A stretch of 35,040 nucleotides of DNA from Nemertoderma westbladi (Eukaryota; Animalia; Xenacoelomorpha), in NCBI GenBank assembly GCA_032718475.1, contig JAUCBJ010007370.1, positions 1-35,040 on the forward strand, given 5' to 3'. The notes beneath the pieces were generated by a model, which was given only the letters and a program-made list of their open reading frames with translations, was not told the DNA's origin and did not search any database. Both the position numbers and the translations under genes were made by a program. Of this stretch, positions 10,181-20,456 are shown in pieces; position 1 is the stretch's first letter, and every line of letters begins with the position of its first letter.

Positions 10181-10430
10181 AACAAGAACAGCCATCATCG
10201 CGGGGACTATAGTCTACCAGAAACCCTGACCCCCCTCTGCCCCTCTTTATCTGTTTATCAACCATACATCCATGGGACTTGAACAGTACTTCAGCATTGA
10301 AATGTTTTGGACGTTTTGTTTTGAAAGTAAAAATATAGAAGTCTGGAAGTTTTGTTTGTTTTAATTTTTCAGGCAGTCACATTCCACCAACCAGCAACAG
10401 TCCCATCCCTTTCCCACTATCCCGCGGACC
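10181..10430. mobile_element. Possible Helentron-derived (HINE-like) small element
   Basis: Starts AACAAGA and has a short subterminal inverted pair cgcggggactatagt (10199-10213) and actatcccgcg (10416-10426). No clear terminal palindrome is present. Confidence 0.3.
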
Positions 10431-11119
10431 ACCACACTGTTTCATTATAAAGTATTCCCATCTCGATGATGGGAATTAATCAGTAATCCGATGGGATTCA
10501 AATCCCATCTCGAAGTAACAGCAAAACAATAACACGAAAGTCATATTTTTACAGTTATATTTGATTGCATTGAAAGTTAATAGAAAGAAGAAGTTAAATT
10601 GCATATCCATTAAAATATCATGAAATTGATACTGCAGTTTAGTAGATTAAAACGGCCACAGCAAGATTTATAAAATGAAAAATAAGTAAAATCAGCACAG
10701 CACACAATATTATCAATATAGACATTGAAGACAATTTAATAAACAAATACTATAAAAAAATATCTACTAACAATCAATACATGATATATATAATATATAT
10801 ACATCAGCGACTACCATCGCCACTCTGGTTCAATCAGTCAGTCCGGTATCATTGTTAGCGTTTTGTTGAATTACCCACTCATCCTCAGACCCTCATGGAC
10901 ACCGACGACGAGCTCTAACCCTAACCGTTAGTCGATTCCTCCTTGACTGGAAACATCAGGTTCGGGCCGTTCGGCCCATACAAAGTCATTACAGCATTAG
11001 CCTCCATGCCTGAACCCGCAGGATCATAAGATCTACAGTATGTATCGGTATATCGTTCAGTCGTTTTTTCCTTTGTCAGTACTGTAGAATTGATAGGCTC
11101 CGTCTCGTGGGTATTCAGG

Positions 11120-11240
11120 GGACCCCCATTCGACGTATTCGCATCTCCTCCTGGTTGTTTCGGGTACCACCGCCCGCCATATGCGCATCTCTTCGTGGTT
11201 GTTCCGGGTACCACCCCCGTTCGCCGCATTCGCATCTCAT
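11120..11240. repeat. Imperfect ~44-47 bp tandem repeat inside MULE A
   Basis: Unit at(t/g)cgcatctc.tc.tggttgtt.cgggtaccacc occurs about 2.5 times. Confidence 0.7.
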
Positions 11241-11458
11241 TGAGGAAGTTCGGGTCTGGGTACCCCGTGTAGGCCTATTCATTCATCATTGTTGTTTTTA
11301 AAGACCTACCTACACCTACCTACATTCACCCTACACGTGCATCTACATGTAGGCTACACATACCTACATGTAGCCTCTATGTAGGCTATACCTCTACGCA
11401 AAAGTTATACCCGTACTTTACTATCCTTTCGAGAAAAAAACCAGTTGTTGGCAGATTT

Positions 11459-11675
11459 GTTAGCTTATTCAATCCCGCTAACACCCCATAAAGTTATAAG
11501 CCGATAAGCAATATTGGGAGCCACGAGATTGGGCAATTAACCAACTCGTGCCATCCCAATAAGAGTGGGAAGGAAGCACACAATAGAGGGTCAGGGGCCA
11601 AACCCCTAACCCAGAGAGAACAGGTGGAGTGAACGGGAACACTCCACGGGGCGCCAACAAGGGTAACAACTAGAG
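11459..11675 (-). ncRNA. Candidate structured RNA / unknown dispersed element, copy 2
   Basis: Homologous to 1860-2115. The minus strand forms a closing helix ugUUGGCGCCCCGU/AUGGGGUGUUAGCg rich in G-U pairs, plus three internal hairpins. Confidence 0.5.
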
Positions 11676-11898
11676 AACGGCCGACGACACCACCTCATAT
11701 CGCGAGCAGCTCCATCAACTGCAACACTCGACGCAGGCAATCGCCAAGGAAACATCGACGAAACTCAAGTTACTCGATTCTTCGGATCCCAGAGGTTCCG
11801 ACGCTCGACATCGGAAGTTACAGAAGGAACGACTCACATCGAAGTTCTCCGAGGTGTTAAATGAGTTCCAGGATGTCCAACGCGAGGCAGCTAAGAAG
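11674..11898 (+). CDS. STX7/STX12-like: Syntaxin-7/12(13)-like exon (Habc domain), not in the ORF track
   Basis: Translates RTADDTTSYREQLHQLQHSTQAIAKETSTKLKLLDSSDPRGSDARHRKLQKERLTSKFSEVLNEFQDVQREAAKK. This matches remembered STX12 motifs QLQHST..LAKET and LQKERL...FS..LN.FQ.VQR. It ends at a canonical donor AAG|GTAAGC (11899). The 5' boundary is uncertain. Confidence 0.85.
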
Positions 11899-12517
11899 GT
11901 AAGCAGCCCCAGTACATACTCACTCCCCTATATCAGTATATAGCCCCAGGACGCAGGTAGGTCAGTAGGTCTACCTGCGACCGCGTACCCGTCACCCGTA
12001 CAGGTAGAGTGTAGAGACTTAGTAGACAACCGTACCGGTAGAACCTTGTGGGTTTGGTAACCAAAAGCCATACAATAAATTATACGGTATTTCAGCCAAC
12101 CACAGACAGACAGAGCAGTATCGCAGTATGAAATAATTATTTCATACTCGAAAATCAGTGGCACTAACCGACGAATGGCAAATTGTTAATTATTAACTTT
12201 AGGGAGGGAGCAGGGTTCCAGTGCTGTAGTGGTATATGCTATTATATCCAAAACAATTAACTACAGAACTAAGATAAATACTGTAATCCACTGTAAACCT
12301 ACATAACCGACGTAACCGACGTACAGATAACCCATACAGCCATAGACCTATACATACATCAGTGTTGTACTGCTTTACATATGATTACTAGCTGACTAGT
12401 GCAGTAGAAAATACTGTCAGACTTGGTCTAATTTATATCTGTATATGGTTTGCCGTACGGAATTTTTAAATTTGGTTTGTTTTAAATATCACAAACTGTT
12501 GAACTGTTTTACCGGGA

Positions 12518-13741
12518 ATGGCGACAACGCGCCGACCCAAAGAAACTATTCGCCAACCTACTGTTCCTCCTCGAAATTCTGCTCGACTTGCAACGCCAAC
12601 AACTTCTCCTAGAGCGGCTGGTGGCGGCATAGTCCACAAATCTGCGCAACCCGGTACACGTGCCGGCAGCGTAGCCGACCTAAGCACATATAATTGCGGA
12701 CGATGTTCCTTCCTGGTACAGGATCAAGACAACGGTATTACATGTGACGGTTGTAAGGTTTGGTTCCACGCCAAATGTGAGAACATTTCACTTCCGTCGT
12801 ATAAACTTGTTTCCGAATTACTCGAAAAGTTTAACAGGTACAGCCAATTTAAATGGTTTTGCAGCAAGTGTGCAACCTTCGTTCAAGTGGTCACTGCGGC
12901 AGAGGAGGAGGCGACGAGCAATCGATCAACTGTAAACGAGTTAAAACTCATTGTCGAAAATCAAACGAAACTCATCGAATCAGTAGTGGCGGAAATCGGT
13001 TCCGTTAAAGCACATCTCGGGGTAGTTTGCGACTCCGACTTGTCAGCGGAGGAGAGCGAGGAAGTCAGCGACGACGAGGGAGAATGGGAAACGCGACGAA
13101 ACAAAAAGAAAAGCCGGAAGGCTCGAACCCGCGGATCTCGGAACTCGGCACGGAATAACATTGTGCTGTCACAAGTTGTGGAGTCCTCAGTTAAAGAAGC
13201 GTTATCTTCAGAGAAACTGAAAAGAGAGGTGATAATCTCTCGTTTGCCTGAATCAGCGAACCTGGCGGCCGACAGACAAGCGGTAAACGATGTCTGTGTG
13301 GCATCCAATGTAAACTCTTCTTCGATAAACGAGTTTCAACGGCTGGGGCGACAAACCGATGATAAGGAGCGCATTGTGAAAGTTACTTTCACTTCGGAAA
13401 GCGAAGCGCGGAACTTTCGGTCGGGTTTCGAAGAAGCAAAGAGTTCTGGAACTGTACCGGAAATAATCAAAAACCTAAAAATCAGACCGAGTCAATCTAA
13501 GGAGCAACTGAAGCTGTTTAGAGAACGGAAGAAAACGTTGCAACAACTAAACTTAGCGGCTGATCTCGACTCGGAGAGTTACAGCTTACGGCAAGACGGG
13601 TCTATTTGGCGGTATACCCCGGACGAGAATGGGAAATGGAAACGCGATAGGAAGTGGAGATTGCCAACGCCCGCCGCTAAATCTCCAGCACAGGCGACAA
13701 CCGAAGAAAACAACACTACTGCCGACCAAGAGGAAAACTAG
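12518..13741 (+). CDS. LINE ORF1p with PHD finger, coiled coil and RRM-like C-terminal domain
   Basis: CGRC-x10-CDGCKVWFHAKC...WFCSKC is a C4HC3 PHD finger. REVIISRLPES...FQRLGR...RIVKVTF is typical of CR1/L2 ORF1. Confidence 0.9.
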   Translation: MATTRRPKETIRQPTVPPRNSARLATPTTSPRAAGGGIVHKSAQPGTRAGSVADLSTYNCGRCSFLVQDQDNGITCDGCKVWFHAKCENISLPSYKLVSELLEKFNRYSQFKWFCSKCATFVQVVTAAEEEATSNRSTVNELKLIVENQTKLIESVVAEIGSVKAHLGVVCDSDLSAEESEEVSDDEGEWETRRNKKKSRKARTRGSRNSARNNIVLSQVVESSVKEALSSEKLKREVIISRLPESANLAADRQAVNDVCVASNVNSSSINEFQRLGRQTDDKERIVKVTFTSESEARNFRSGFEEAKSSGTVPEIIKNLKIRPSQSKEQLKLFRERKKTLQQLNLAADLDSESYSLRQDGSIWRYTPDENGKWKRDRKWRLPTPAAKSPAQATTEENNTTADQEEN

Positions 13742-16569
13742 AGAGGGGAGGAGGCAATACAGATCCGCGCCTGAAATGTTGTCTACTGAACTCTAGATCG
13801 CTGAAAAACAAGATACATGATCTCGAACATTTGATCGTTTCCTCTAATTACGACGTCCTCGCTATCACCGAGACTTGGTTGGACGGATCGGTCACTGATT
13901 CAATGGTGGGTTTCAAACAGCATCAGGTTTTTCGAAAAGATCGCCCCTCTCTTGGCGGCGGGGTGGCAATACTGGTGCGCAACAACATTCGTTGTGTGAA
14001 TGTTCCTCTCCCTAACAACCTGGATGGACTCGAGGTGGTCGCTGTCGATTTTCTCGGGTCGACTCCTTTCCGTATGGTTTGCGCCTACAGAACCCCAGAT
14101 TCTGAAACCGGAGAAGAGAGAGCGGAGAAGTTGGAACTGGACTGCAAACTGAGGCAATGTATCTCATCGCTGTGCGACGTCACCCAACCTTGTCTCGTGG
14201 TAGGTGATTTCAATCTGCCTGATTTTAACTGGAAGGATTTTAATTACCCATCAAGCCACAACTACGAACAGTTTTCTTTATTTATTTTAGAAAATGGTTT
14301 TGATCAACTGGTTACAAGACCCACTCGTGAGGATAATATTTTAGATATAATTTTAGTTTCTGACGAATCAATTGTGTCTGATGTTGAAGTAGGGCATACT
14401 TTTTCAACCAGTGACCACTCAATAGTAAACTTTTATACTTTAGGACCAGACATTTTAATTCCAGTTAACAATTTGGGTTTTTACGATTTTAAAAATGCTG
14501 ATTTTGTAGGATTTTCCCATTACATTTCGAACATTAATTGGCACCTCAATTTTGACTCGTGCAGTACGATTGATGAATTTTGGAACGTTTTTTCAACAGT
14601 ACTTAAAGACGGTGTTGATAAATTTGTACCATACAAACTACTAAACACTAAGAAAAAGGTGTACCCACATCACATTCGCGCACTACAACGAAAGAAAAAG
14701 TTACTTTGGCGCCGGCGCCACACGGAGATCGGTAAATCAGATTACAACCGTTGTTGTAAGGAACTGTCGGAGGCAATTCTCCGATCTGAATGTTTACGAG
14801 AATATAAAATTCTAAACAGTGGAAAGGCGAATGTTTTGTTTAATTACGTAAACTTAAAGTGCAAATCTAGACAGGGAATTTCACCTCTTTCATTTAATGG
14901 TGCCACAATTGTAGATGATGCCGTCAAGGCTGATATTTTCGCTAAGGTTCTGTCAGACAATTTTAATATTGATAATAACGATTGCCCTACATTTACGCGG
15001 AGGGTCCCGCAATCTGTATATATTTCTAAAGTCGATTTTTCAGTTGATCGTGTTTTCTCAATTATTCGTAAATTAGGTTCTAAAACAAGTCGTACGCCTG
15101 ACGGTTTTCCGTGCATTTTATTCAGTAATTTAGCGTCAGTTTTATCTTTACCGTTATCTGTTATTTTTAATATTTCTTTTAAATCACATGCCCTTCCTTC
15201 AATTTGGTCTACAGCTATTATTGTCCCGTTGTACAAAAAAGGAAACTCGAGTGACCCATATAACTACAGACCCGTTTCATTGACTTGTATTGCGTGTAAA
15301 ATTATGGAGCAGTGTATTAAACAAGATTTGTGTGATTACTTATTTACTAACAAATTAATTAATAAGGCCCAACATGGCTTCTTAAAAAATAAGTCTACAT
15401 GTACCCAGCTATTAGAATGTACAAAGGATTGGATTAAATTATTAGATAGAAAGTGCACTGTTGATGTAATCTACATAGACTTTGCGAAAGCCTTTGATTC
15501 TGTTGTGCACCAAAAACGTTTATGTAAACTTTCTTCTTACGGTATAGTAGGTGACTTATTTTATTGGTTAAAGGCTTTTCTCGCATATAGATCACAACGT
15601 ATTTTAGTTGGTAGTAGTTTCTCGGATTATAGTCCAGTTACGTCGGGCACCATACAAGGTAGCGTACTAGGTCCAATTTTATTTGTGCTTTTTATTAACG
15701 ATTTACCGGATATATTTAATTTAGGGTTATCGTGTAAACTATTTGCTGACGACGTCAAAATATATGCGCCATCCAGCGACCACTTACTGATATCACAGTC
15801 CCTGTACAAAATCACAGAATGGTCTAATAAATGGCAGTTGAATATCGCTCCACACAAATGTATAGTGCTCTATTTAGGTTACAATAACCCTCAACAGCAA
15901 TATTTTCTAGATAGTAAACTTGTTAAAGCAGAGGATGATTGTAAGGATCTCGGAGTTACGATTTCTTCTGATTTTAAATTTAATAAACATTGCCATGAGC
16001 GTGCTCTGAAATCAACTAAAGTAATCAATATGATTTTTAGATGTTTTCGTACTCGTAATATGGCAGCCCTAATTTGTGCTTATAAATCTTACGTGCGTCC
16101 CTTATTGGAATATTGTACAGTAATTTGGTCTCCTTTTACCAAAGGACATATAGATCTGATCGAACACGTACAGAGATATTTTACGCGCAGATTATTTTTT
16201 AGATGTAAATTAACCATGGTGCCTTATTTAGATAGACTTGAGTACTTAAACTTACAACCACTCGAAGTTAGACGTCATGTGTTTGATTTAAAACAGGTTT
16301 ACTCTATAATCACTGGTGCAGTGCAAATGAATTTTGATGATTTTTTTAGCTTTGCTTCACGAAGGGGTCTTAGAGGTCACCAATATAAATTGCAACACAA
16401 TTTTTGCCGCCTACAAATTTGTCAGAAATATTTTTGTAATAGGATAGTTAGTATGTGGAACGACCTACCTTCTAATGCTGCATCAGCCCCAAACATTAAT
16501 ATTTTTAGTAATATTTTAGCACGGGATGTAGACCTTTTAAAATACTGCAGTTTTAACAGATTTTTATAA
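13681..16569 (+). CDS. LINE ORF2p: APE endonuclease plus reverse transcriptase (CR1 clade)
   Basis: The frame is open from 13681. APE motifs: LNSRSL (13786), AITETWL, GGGVAI, GDFN, LDIIL, SDH. RT motifs: NYRPVSLT, QHGF, DFAKAFD, QGSVLGP, FADD. C-terminus: WNDLP. Confidence 0.95.
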   Translation: MSSTGDNRRKQHYCRPRGKLERGGGNTDPRLKCCLLNSRSLKNKIHDLEHLIVSSNYDVLAITETWLDGSVTDSMVGFKQHQVFRKDRPSLGGGVAILVRNNIRCVNVPLPNNLDGLEVVAVDFLGSTPFRMVCAYRTPDSETGEERAEKLELDCKLRQCISSLCDVTQPCLVVGDFNLPDFNWKDFNYPSSHNYEQFSLFILENGFDQLVTRPTREDNILDIILVSDESIVSDVEVGHTFSTSDHSIVNFYTLGPDILIPVNNLGFYDFKNADFVGFSHYISNINWHLNFDSCSTIDEFWNVFSTVLKDGVDKFVPYKLLNTKKKVYPHHIRALQRKKKLLWRRRHTEIGKSDYNRCCKELSEAILRSECLREYKILNSGKANVLFNYVNLKCKSRQGISPLSFNGATIVDDAVKADIFAKVLSDNFNIDNNDCPTFTRRVPQSVYISKVDFSVDRVFSIIRKLGSKTSRTPDGFPCILFSNLASVLSLPLSVIFNISFKSHALPSIWSTAIIVPLYKKGNSSDPYNYRPVSLTCIACKIMEQCIKQDLCDYLFTNKLINKAQHGFLKNKSTCTQLLECTKDWIKLLDRKCTVDVIYIDFAKAFDSVVHQKRLCKLSSYGIVGDLFYWLKAFLAYRSQRILVGSSFSDYSPVTSGTIQGSVLGPILFVLFINDLPDIFNLGLSCKLFADDVKIYAPSSDHLLISQSLYKITEWSNKWQLNIAPHKCIVLYLGYNNPQQQYFLDSKLVKAEDDCKDLGVTISSDFKFNKHCHERALKSTKVINMIFRCFRTRNMAALICAYKSYVRPLLEYCTVIWSPFTKGHIDLIEHVQRYFTRRLFFRCKLTMVPYLDRLEYLNLQPLEVRRHVFDLKQVYSIITGAVQMNFDDFFSFASRRGLRGHQYKLQHNFCRLQICQKYFCNRIVSMWNDLPSNAASAPNINIFSNILARDVDLLKYCSFNRFL

Positions 16570-16927
16570 TAATTGGAATATTTTTGGCATAACTCATGTT
16601 ATTATATAATACTATTTATTGTTAATATATCAATTTCAGTACGGGCAGTAGAAAAATATCTTTAACAATATTTTTTAGAAAAATATTTTTATCAGGGAAA
16701 CGTTTAATTATTTAATACTTTTTAGTTACTTTTACATGTACTTATAACGGGCTCCGCCAACTTCGTGGCTCGCCCCACAAATTAATTAACTTAAATAATG
16801 GAATGGCTAACCGTAAGTGCACGGGCCTGGTTAGTCTCCTCCCCCACTACTTACTGTATATATTTTTATCTAAAGATCTATTTTTTATTTGAAATAAATT
16901 TCATATGTGCAATTTTTGACTATGGGT

Positions 16928-16928
<1 letters not shown>

Positions 16929-16960
<32 letters not shown>
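16929..16960 (+). repeat. (AAT)n microsatellite tail of the CR1 LINE
   Basis: About ten perfect AAT units directly after the 3' UTR. Confidence 0.9.
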
Positions 16961-16962
<2 letters not shown>

Positions 16963-17364
16963 GCGGGATATATACAGTTTAATTTTCGCTCTTATTCCGC
17001 TGTTATTTGCGTCGGCCTCGGCTGTGTGGCAAACCGAAATATAAACACAAACATCGGACGATTTTTAACAACCATAATTTACGGCTAGACAGCTAGAGTT
17101 CCGTAAATACGTTCCGTAGTTCCGTATAATTTATTTACTATTAAAGTTAATAATATAGTATTATAGTAATAATTAATTAAGTAATTATTAATTACAAGTA
17201 ATTAGGAATTAATTAATAGGTTATTATTTTATTTAAAGTTTATGTGTTTTTTTCTAGAATGAGAATAAAGTTATTCATAATTGCAGTTTTGTTTTATAAA
17301 CGAATGTAATAATAGGAATAAAAAATGAATCAACTAATAGGGCCTAAAAAAAATAACAGCCAGC

Positions 17365-19545
17365 AAAGATAACAGCCAGATGCCTGTCTTTCTTTTTTGA
17401 TAACTCTTCAATTATCCTTCTAAGTGCCAAAATGGGCTCCATGGTCCCACGACCTTTACGGAACCCATTTTGATTTCCACGGAGCAGGCTCCCAATGGGA
17501 TCCCTGATGCGATTTAATAGAATTCTATTGTATAGCTTTGCAGCAATCGAGATCAATGAGATTCCCCGAAAAGAACCATAGAGTGTTAGGTTGCCCTTCT
17601 TGGGAACTGGCACCAACTTATTTGTTTTCATTTCTTGTGGGACTCTTGTTGTTCGGTACATGTCTACTATGATGGGATAGATGAGCTTTAAACACTCAGG
17701 TATTTTAAAGACCTCAGGGGGAACACCATCTACTCCACTGGCACGATTGGTCTTAATGCTCTTTGCAACATCCTTCACTTCTGCAAAGGAGATATCGCCA
17801 ATGGGAATATCGGGGAGTACAGACTCAGACACTTTTACTTCTATAAAGTTATCAGGCAATACCCTGTCATTATTGAGGAGCTTTTCAAAGTGGGCCTTCC
17901 AACCATTGAGGCGATCGACTGGTGATTCAGCCTTAACCTTGGTGGTTGGTTGGGTTTTCCGCCCAGTAAGCAAGTTGATCGATTTTCATGCCTGGGATGA
18001 TTGCCTGATGTCGTCAGCATCATTGATGGCATCAACCTGTTGGTTTATTAGCTCCTGTAGATTAACAGAGTACTGCCTGTTCAGTGACCTAGATGCAGCC
18101 TTATCTGCATTCTTGGCCGCTGTAGTCTGTTTTGAGTCGGGACTCTTTCTACGCCTTATATAAGTCATTTCGGCACTTCTGGAGTTTGTTGTCAGTATAC
18201 AGGAACTGTTTCTGCAGCTGCTAACTTAACTGCTTCTGTGAAGGTAGTATAGCCCTCACAGTGATCTGCCGCCTCAGAGGCAAGAACCTCATACCTGTTG
18301 CTCAGCTGTAGTGTGAAGCTGGATCTCACACTTGGCTGTTGCAACAGAGAGGATCAGTCATGCCGCGGCAAGGCAGATTTCGTTGTTCTGCTAGCACGCA
18401 GACTAAGTTTTTCCTTGACCACAATATGGCGATGATCACTGTAGAAGGGTCGAAGTGTATATGCATTACAGTCTTGTATAGAGCTCCTGTACTTCCTACG
18501 TAACAGAATATGGTCTATCTGGGACTTGTGACCACTGGGTCCACTATGAGTCCATAGCTTTCCAGTTCGCTTTTTGAACTGGGTTCCAGCCGAAAACAAT
18601 CCATTTCCAGAGATAAAATCCTGAAGATGGACGGAATTTCGGTTGACACTATTGCTATAGACCCAGGGCGATGTAGGTGATTGATGCAGACTTGCATTAA
18701 AGTCTCCCAGGAATGTTAAGAATGCATGCTGATCCACTCCATCAGTAGCTGCTTGTAGATTGTGGTAGAAATTTTCCACCTCCTCTACAGGGGCAACACT
18801 AGTTGGAGAGTAGCACACAATGAACAGAACCACCTTAGGAAACTTCTTAGCCAGTCTTCCAGAACATAAGAAGTGGCAACGGATGATGCGGTTTGAGATT
18901 TGGTCTATTTTGTCCAATGCTGCATGTGCAGTTGGATTCATCAATAGACCAATACCACCATTGCCACTATCATCTGCTGACGCGAGGGCGAGTCGCCAAC
19001 CGCCCCCCCCCCCCCCCCCATGTCCTTAATCAGAACCTCATCAGTCTGTCCAGTCTGCATTCGGTGCTCTTGAACACCCACTGCGCTAAGAGAAAGCTTA
19101 TCTGCCAAGGCAGTCAGCTCACCTTGTCGCATTGGGGACCCGAGTGTTGGGTGTTTATGTTTACTGAGGCTAGTCTAGTGACTTGCCTCAGATTCACCAA
19201 TGGCTTTGTTGGTCGGGGTGGAACATGAGAGTAGCCTCCAACTCCAGAATCCCTCTCCCCCTCACAATCTGGCCTCCCTGGTGAACCAGGGTTTGGGCCA
19301 GAAAGGTCATCAGGAAAGGGACTCAAAGAATTGTTGGCTTCTCTCTCTCCAGTAGGGGGTGAGACAGGCAGCCGGTCAGGAGATAACTGACACCTGTGAG
19401 GCCGATTGTGTCCGGTTATTCCACTGGCCTCTAGTGGTCGGACCTCCGCATTACTAATGTAATCCATAGTGGGGGGTTGGGGGGTGCTTTTTTGCCGAGT
19501 CAGGTCTCGGTTGAATCATCATATGACCATCATATGACGTAGCAG
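17365..19545 (-). mobile_element. RTE-clade LINE, 5' half (leader, APE, start of RT), frameshifted and 3'-truncated
   Basis: Minus-strand ORF pieces carry RLASVNINT, GVQEHR, CYSPT, GDFNA, QIDHILL, SDHR, ASGVDGVPPE, VPVPKKGNL, FRGISL and NQNGFRKGRGT. It stops at HLAVIF, just before the DFxKAFD motif. Confidence 0.9.
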
Positions 19546-20080
19546 TACAGGCATACCGGTATGCATCTAATGCACAAAGGCATATTATTATATATTAAAA
19601 ATGCGATATAGGATGAAGGATGGCGGGTATGAAAGTTGTGTGATTGTCCCAGCAAAGATGGATAGTTTCAGATGTAAACAACTTTCGTAGATTTAGTTGG
19701 TGTTGATACATTAAACATTTATTAAAAACAATACAGCCTTTGCTGCAATTGGCAATATTTTCGTAAATCTTTCTTGTTAATAGTTATCATTATTAATAGT
19801 TGAAGTTAATTATATTAATTATAATTAATATTATTAATTAAGTAATGATACTTAGTACTTGATAAAGTTAAAATATTTATTTGTTTGTTTGTTACGCTAA
19901 ACAGCTAAAGGGAAGGCAGGAAGGGGTATCTCTCTAGGCCTACTGTGTAGTGTGTATATGACGAAACACTTAACATGCCCCATATTGCCAGCTGATACAG
20001 TGGAGTTTATACTCAGACGATAAAGAAATATGGGAAGGTGGATGGGAATGTGGGAATTAATAAACGCTAGTGTTACCTTC

Positions 20081-20240
20081 CAATTGAAGGAAAAGAGTAG
20101 GTTACAGCGGCTGTAATTTCTAACCAAAACAATAAACGACGTTTTACCTACAAATTGAGGGAAATGAGCAGGTTACCGAGACAGGGTTTTCTAACCAAAA
20201 CAATAAAGGATTTTGTTACCTACCAATTGAGGGAAAGGAG
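20081..20240. repeat. Tandem copies of the dispersed ctaaccaaaacaataaacga repeat
   Basis: About 2.3 units, reverse complement of the 9812-9910 family. Confidence 0.7.
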
Positions 20241-20344
20241 AATATGTTACCGCGGCGGCTTGTTTACACCCACCTTCTTACTAACCGTCCGACTGACTGA
20301 TCAATAGATCATCCCCCTCAAAAAATAAAGGACATCACACACGC

Positions 20345-20456
20345 GCATAAAACACTTAATAAAGGTAAATTTAATAAAAAATATCGACCAATAAAAAATC
20401 GACCGAAAAGTGAAATCCTGGTATTCTTCACATGGGCGGTATTCTTCACATGGGCC
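20345..20456. mobile_element. Partial copy of the GCCCATGTGAAG MITE with a duplicated terminus
   Basis: ataaaacacttaa...cgaaaagtgaaatcctggtattcttcacatgggc matches 1407-1518. ggtattcttcacatgggc occurs twice in tandem. Confidence 0.75.

Larger units (their letters stand above)
7583..11412. mobile_element. Mutator-like (MULE) non-autonomous element A (outermost)
   Basis: TIRs of ~103 bp (7583-7685 and 11310-11412) start GGGTA and differ at about 3 positions. A 9-bp direct repeat GTACTTTAC flanks it at 7574-7582 and 11413-11421. Confidence 0.8.
12420..16960 (+). mobile_element. Near full-length CR1-clade LINE
   Basis: ORF1 plus APE-RT ORF2, an AT-rich 3' UTR and an (AAT)n tail at ~16929-16960. 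The 5' end is approximate and no TSD was identified. Confidence 0.9.

Noticed and set aside
12466-15857. Short antisense and alternative-frame ORFs inside the CR1 element (likewise within the RTE and RTEX elements)
   Set aside because: They are shadows of long coding frames with no recognisable motifs.
19380-19545. HDV-like ribozyme in the RTE 5' leader
   Set aside because: Hairpins exist on the minus strand (ccact/agtgg, gtccg/cggac, ccgag/ctcgg), but I could not assemble the P1/P2/P3/P1.1 double pseudoknot. A descriptor search such as RNArobo would settle it.
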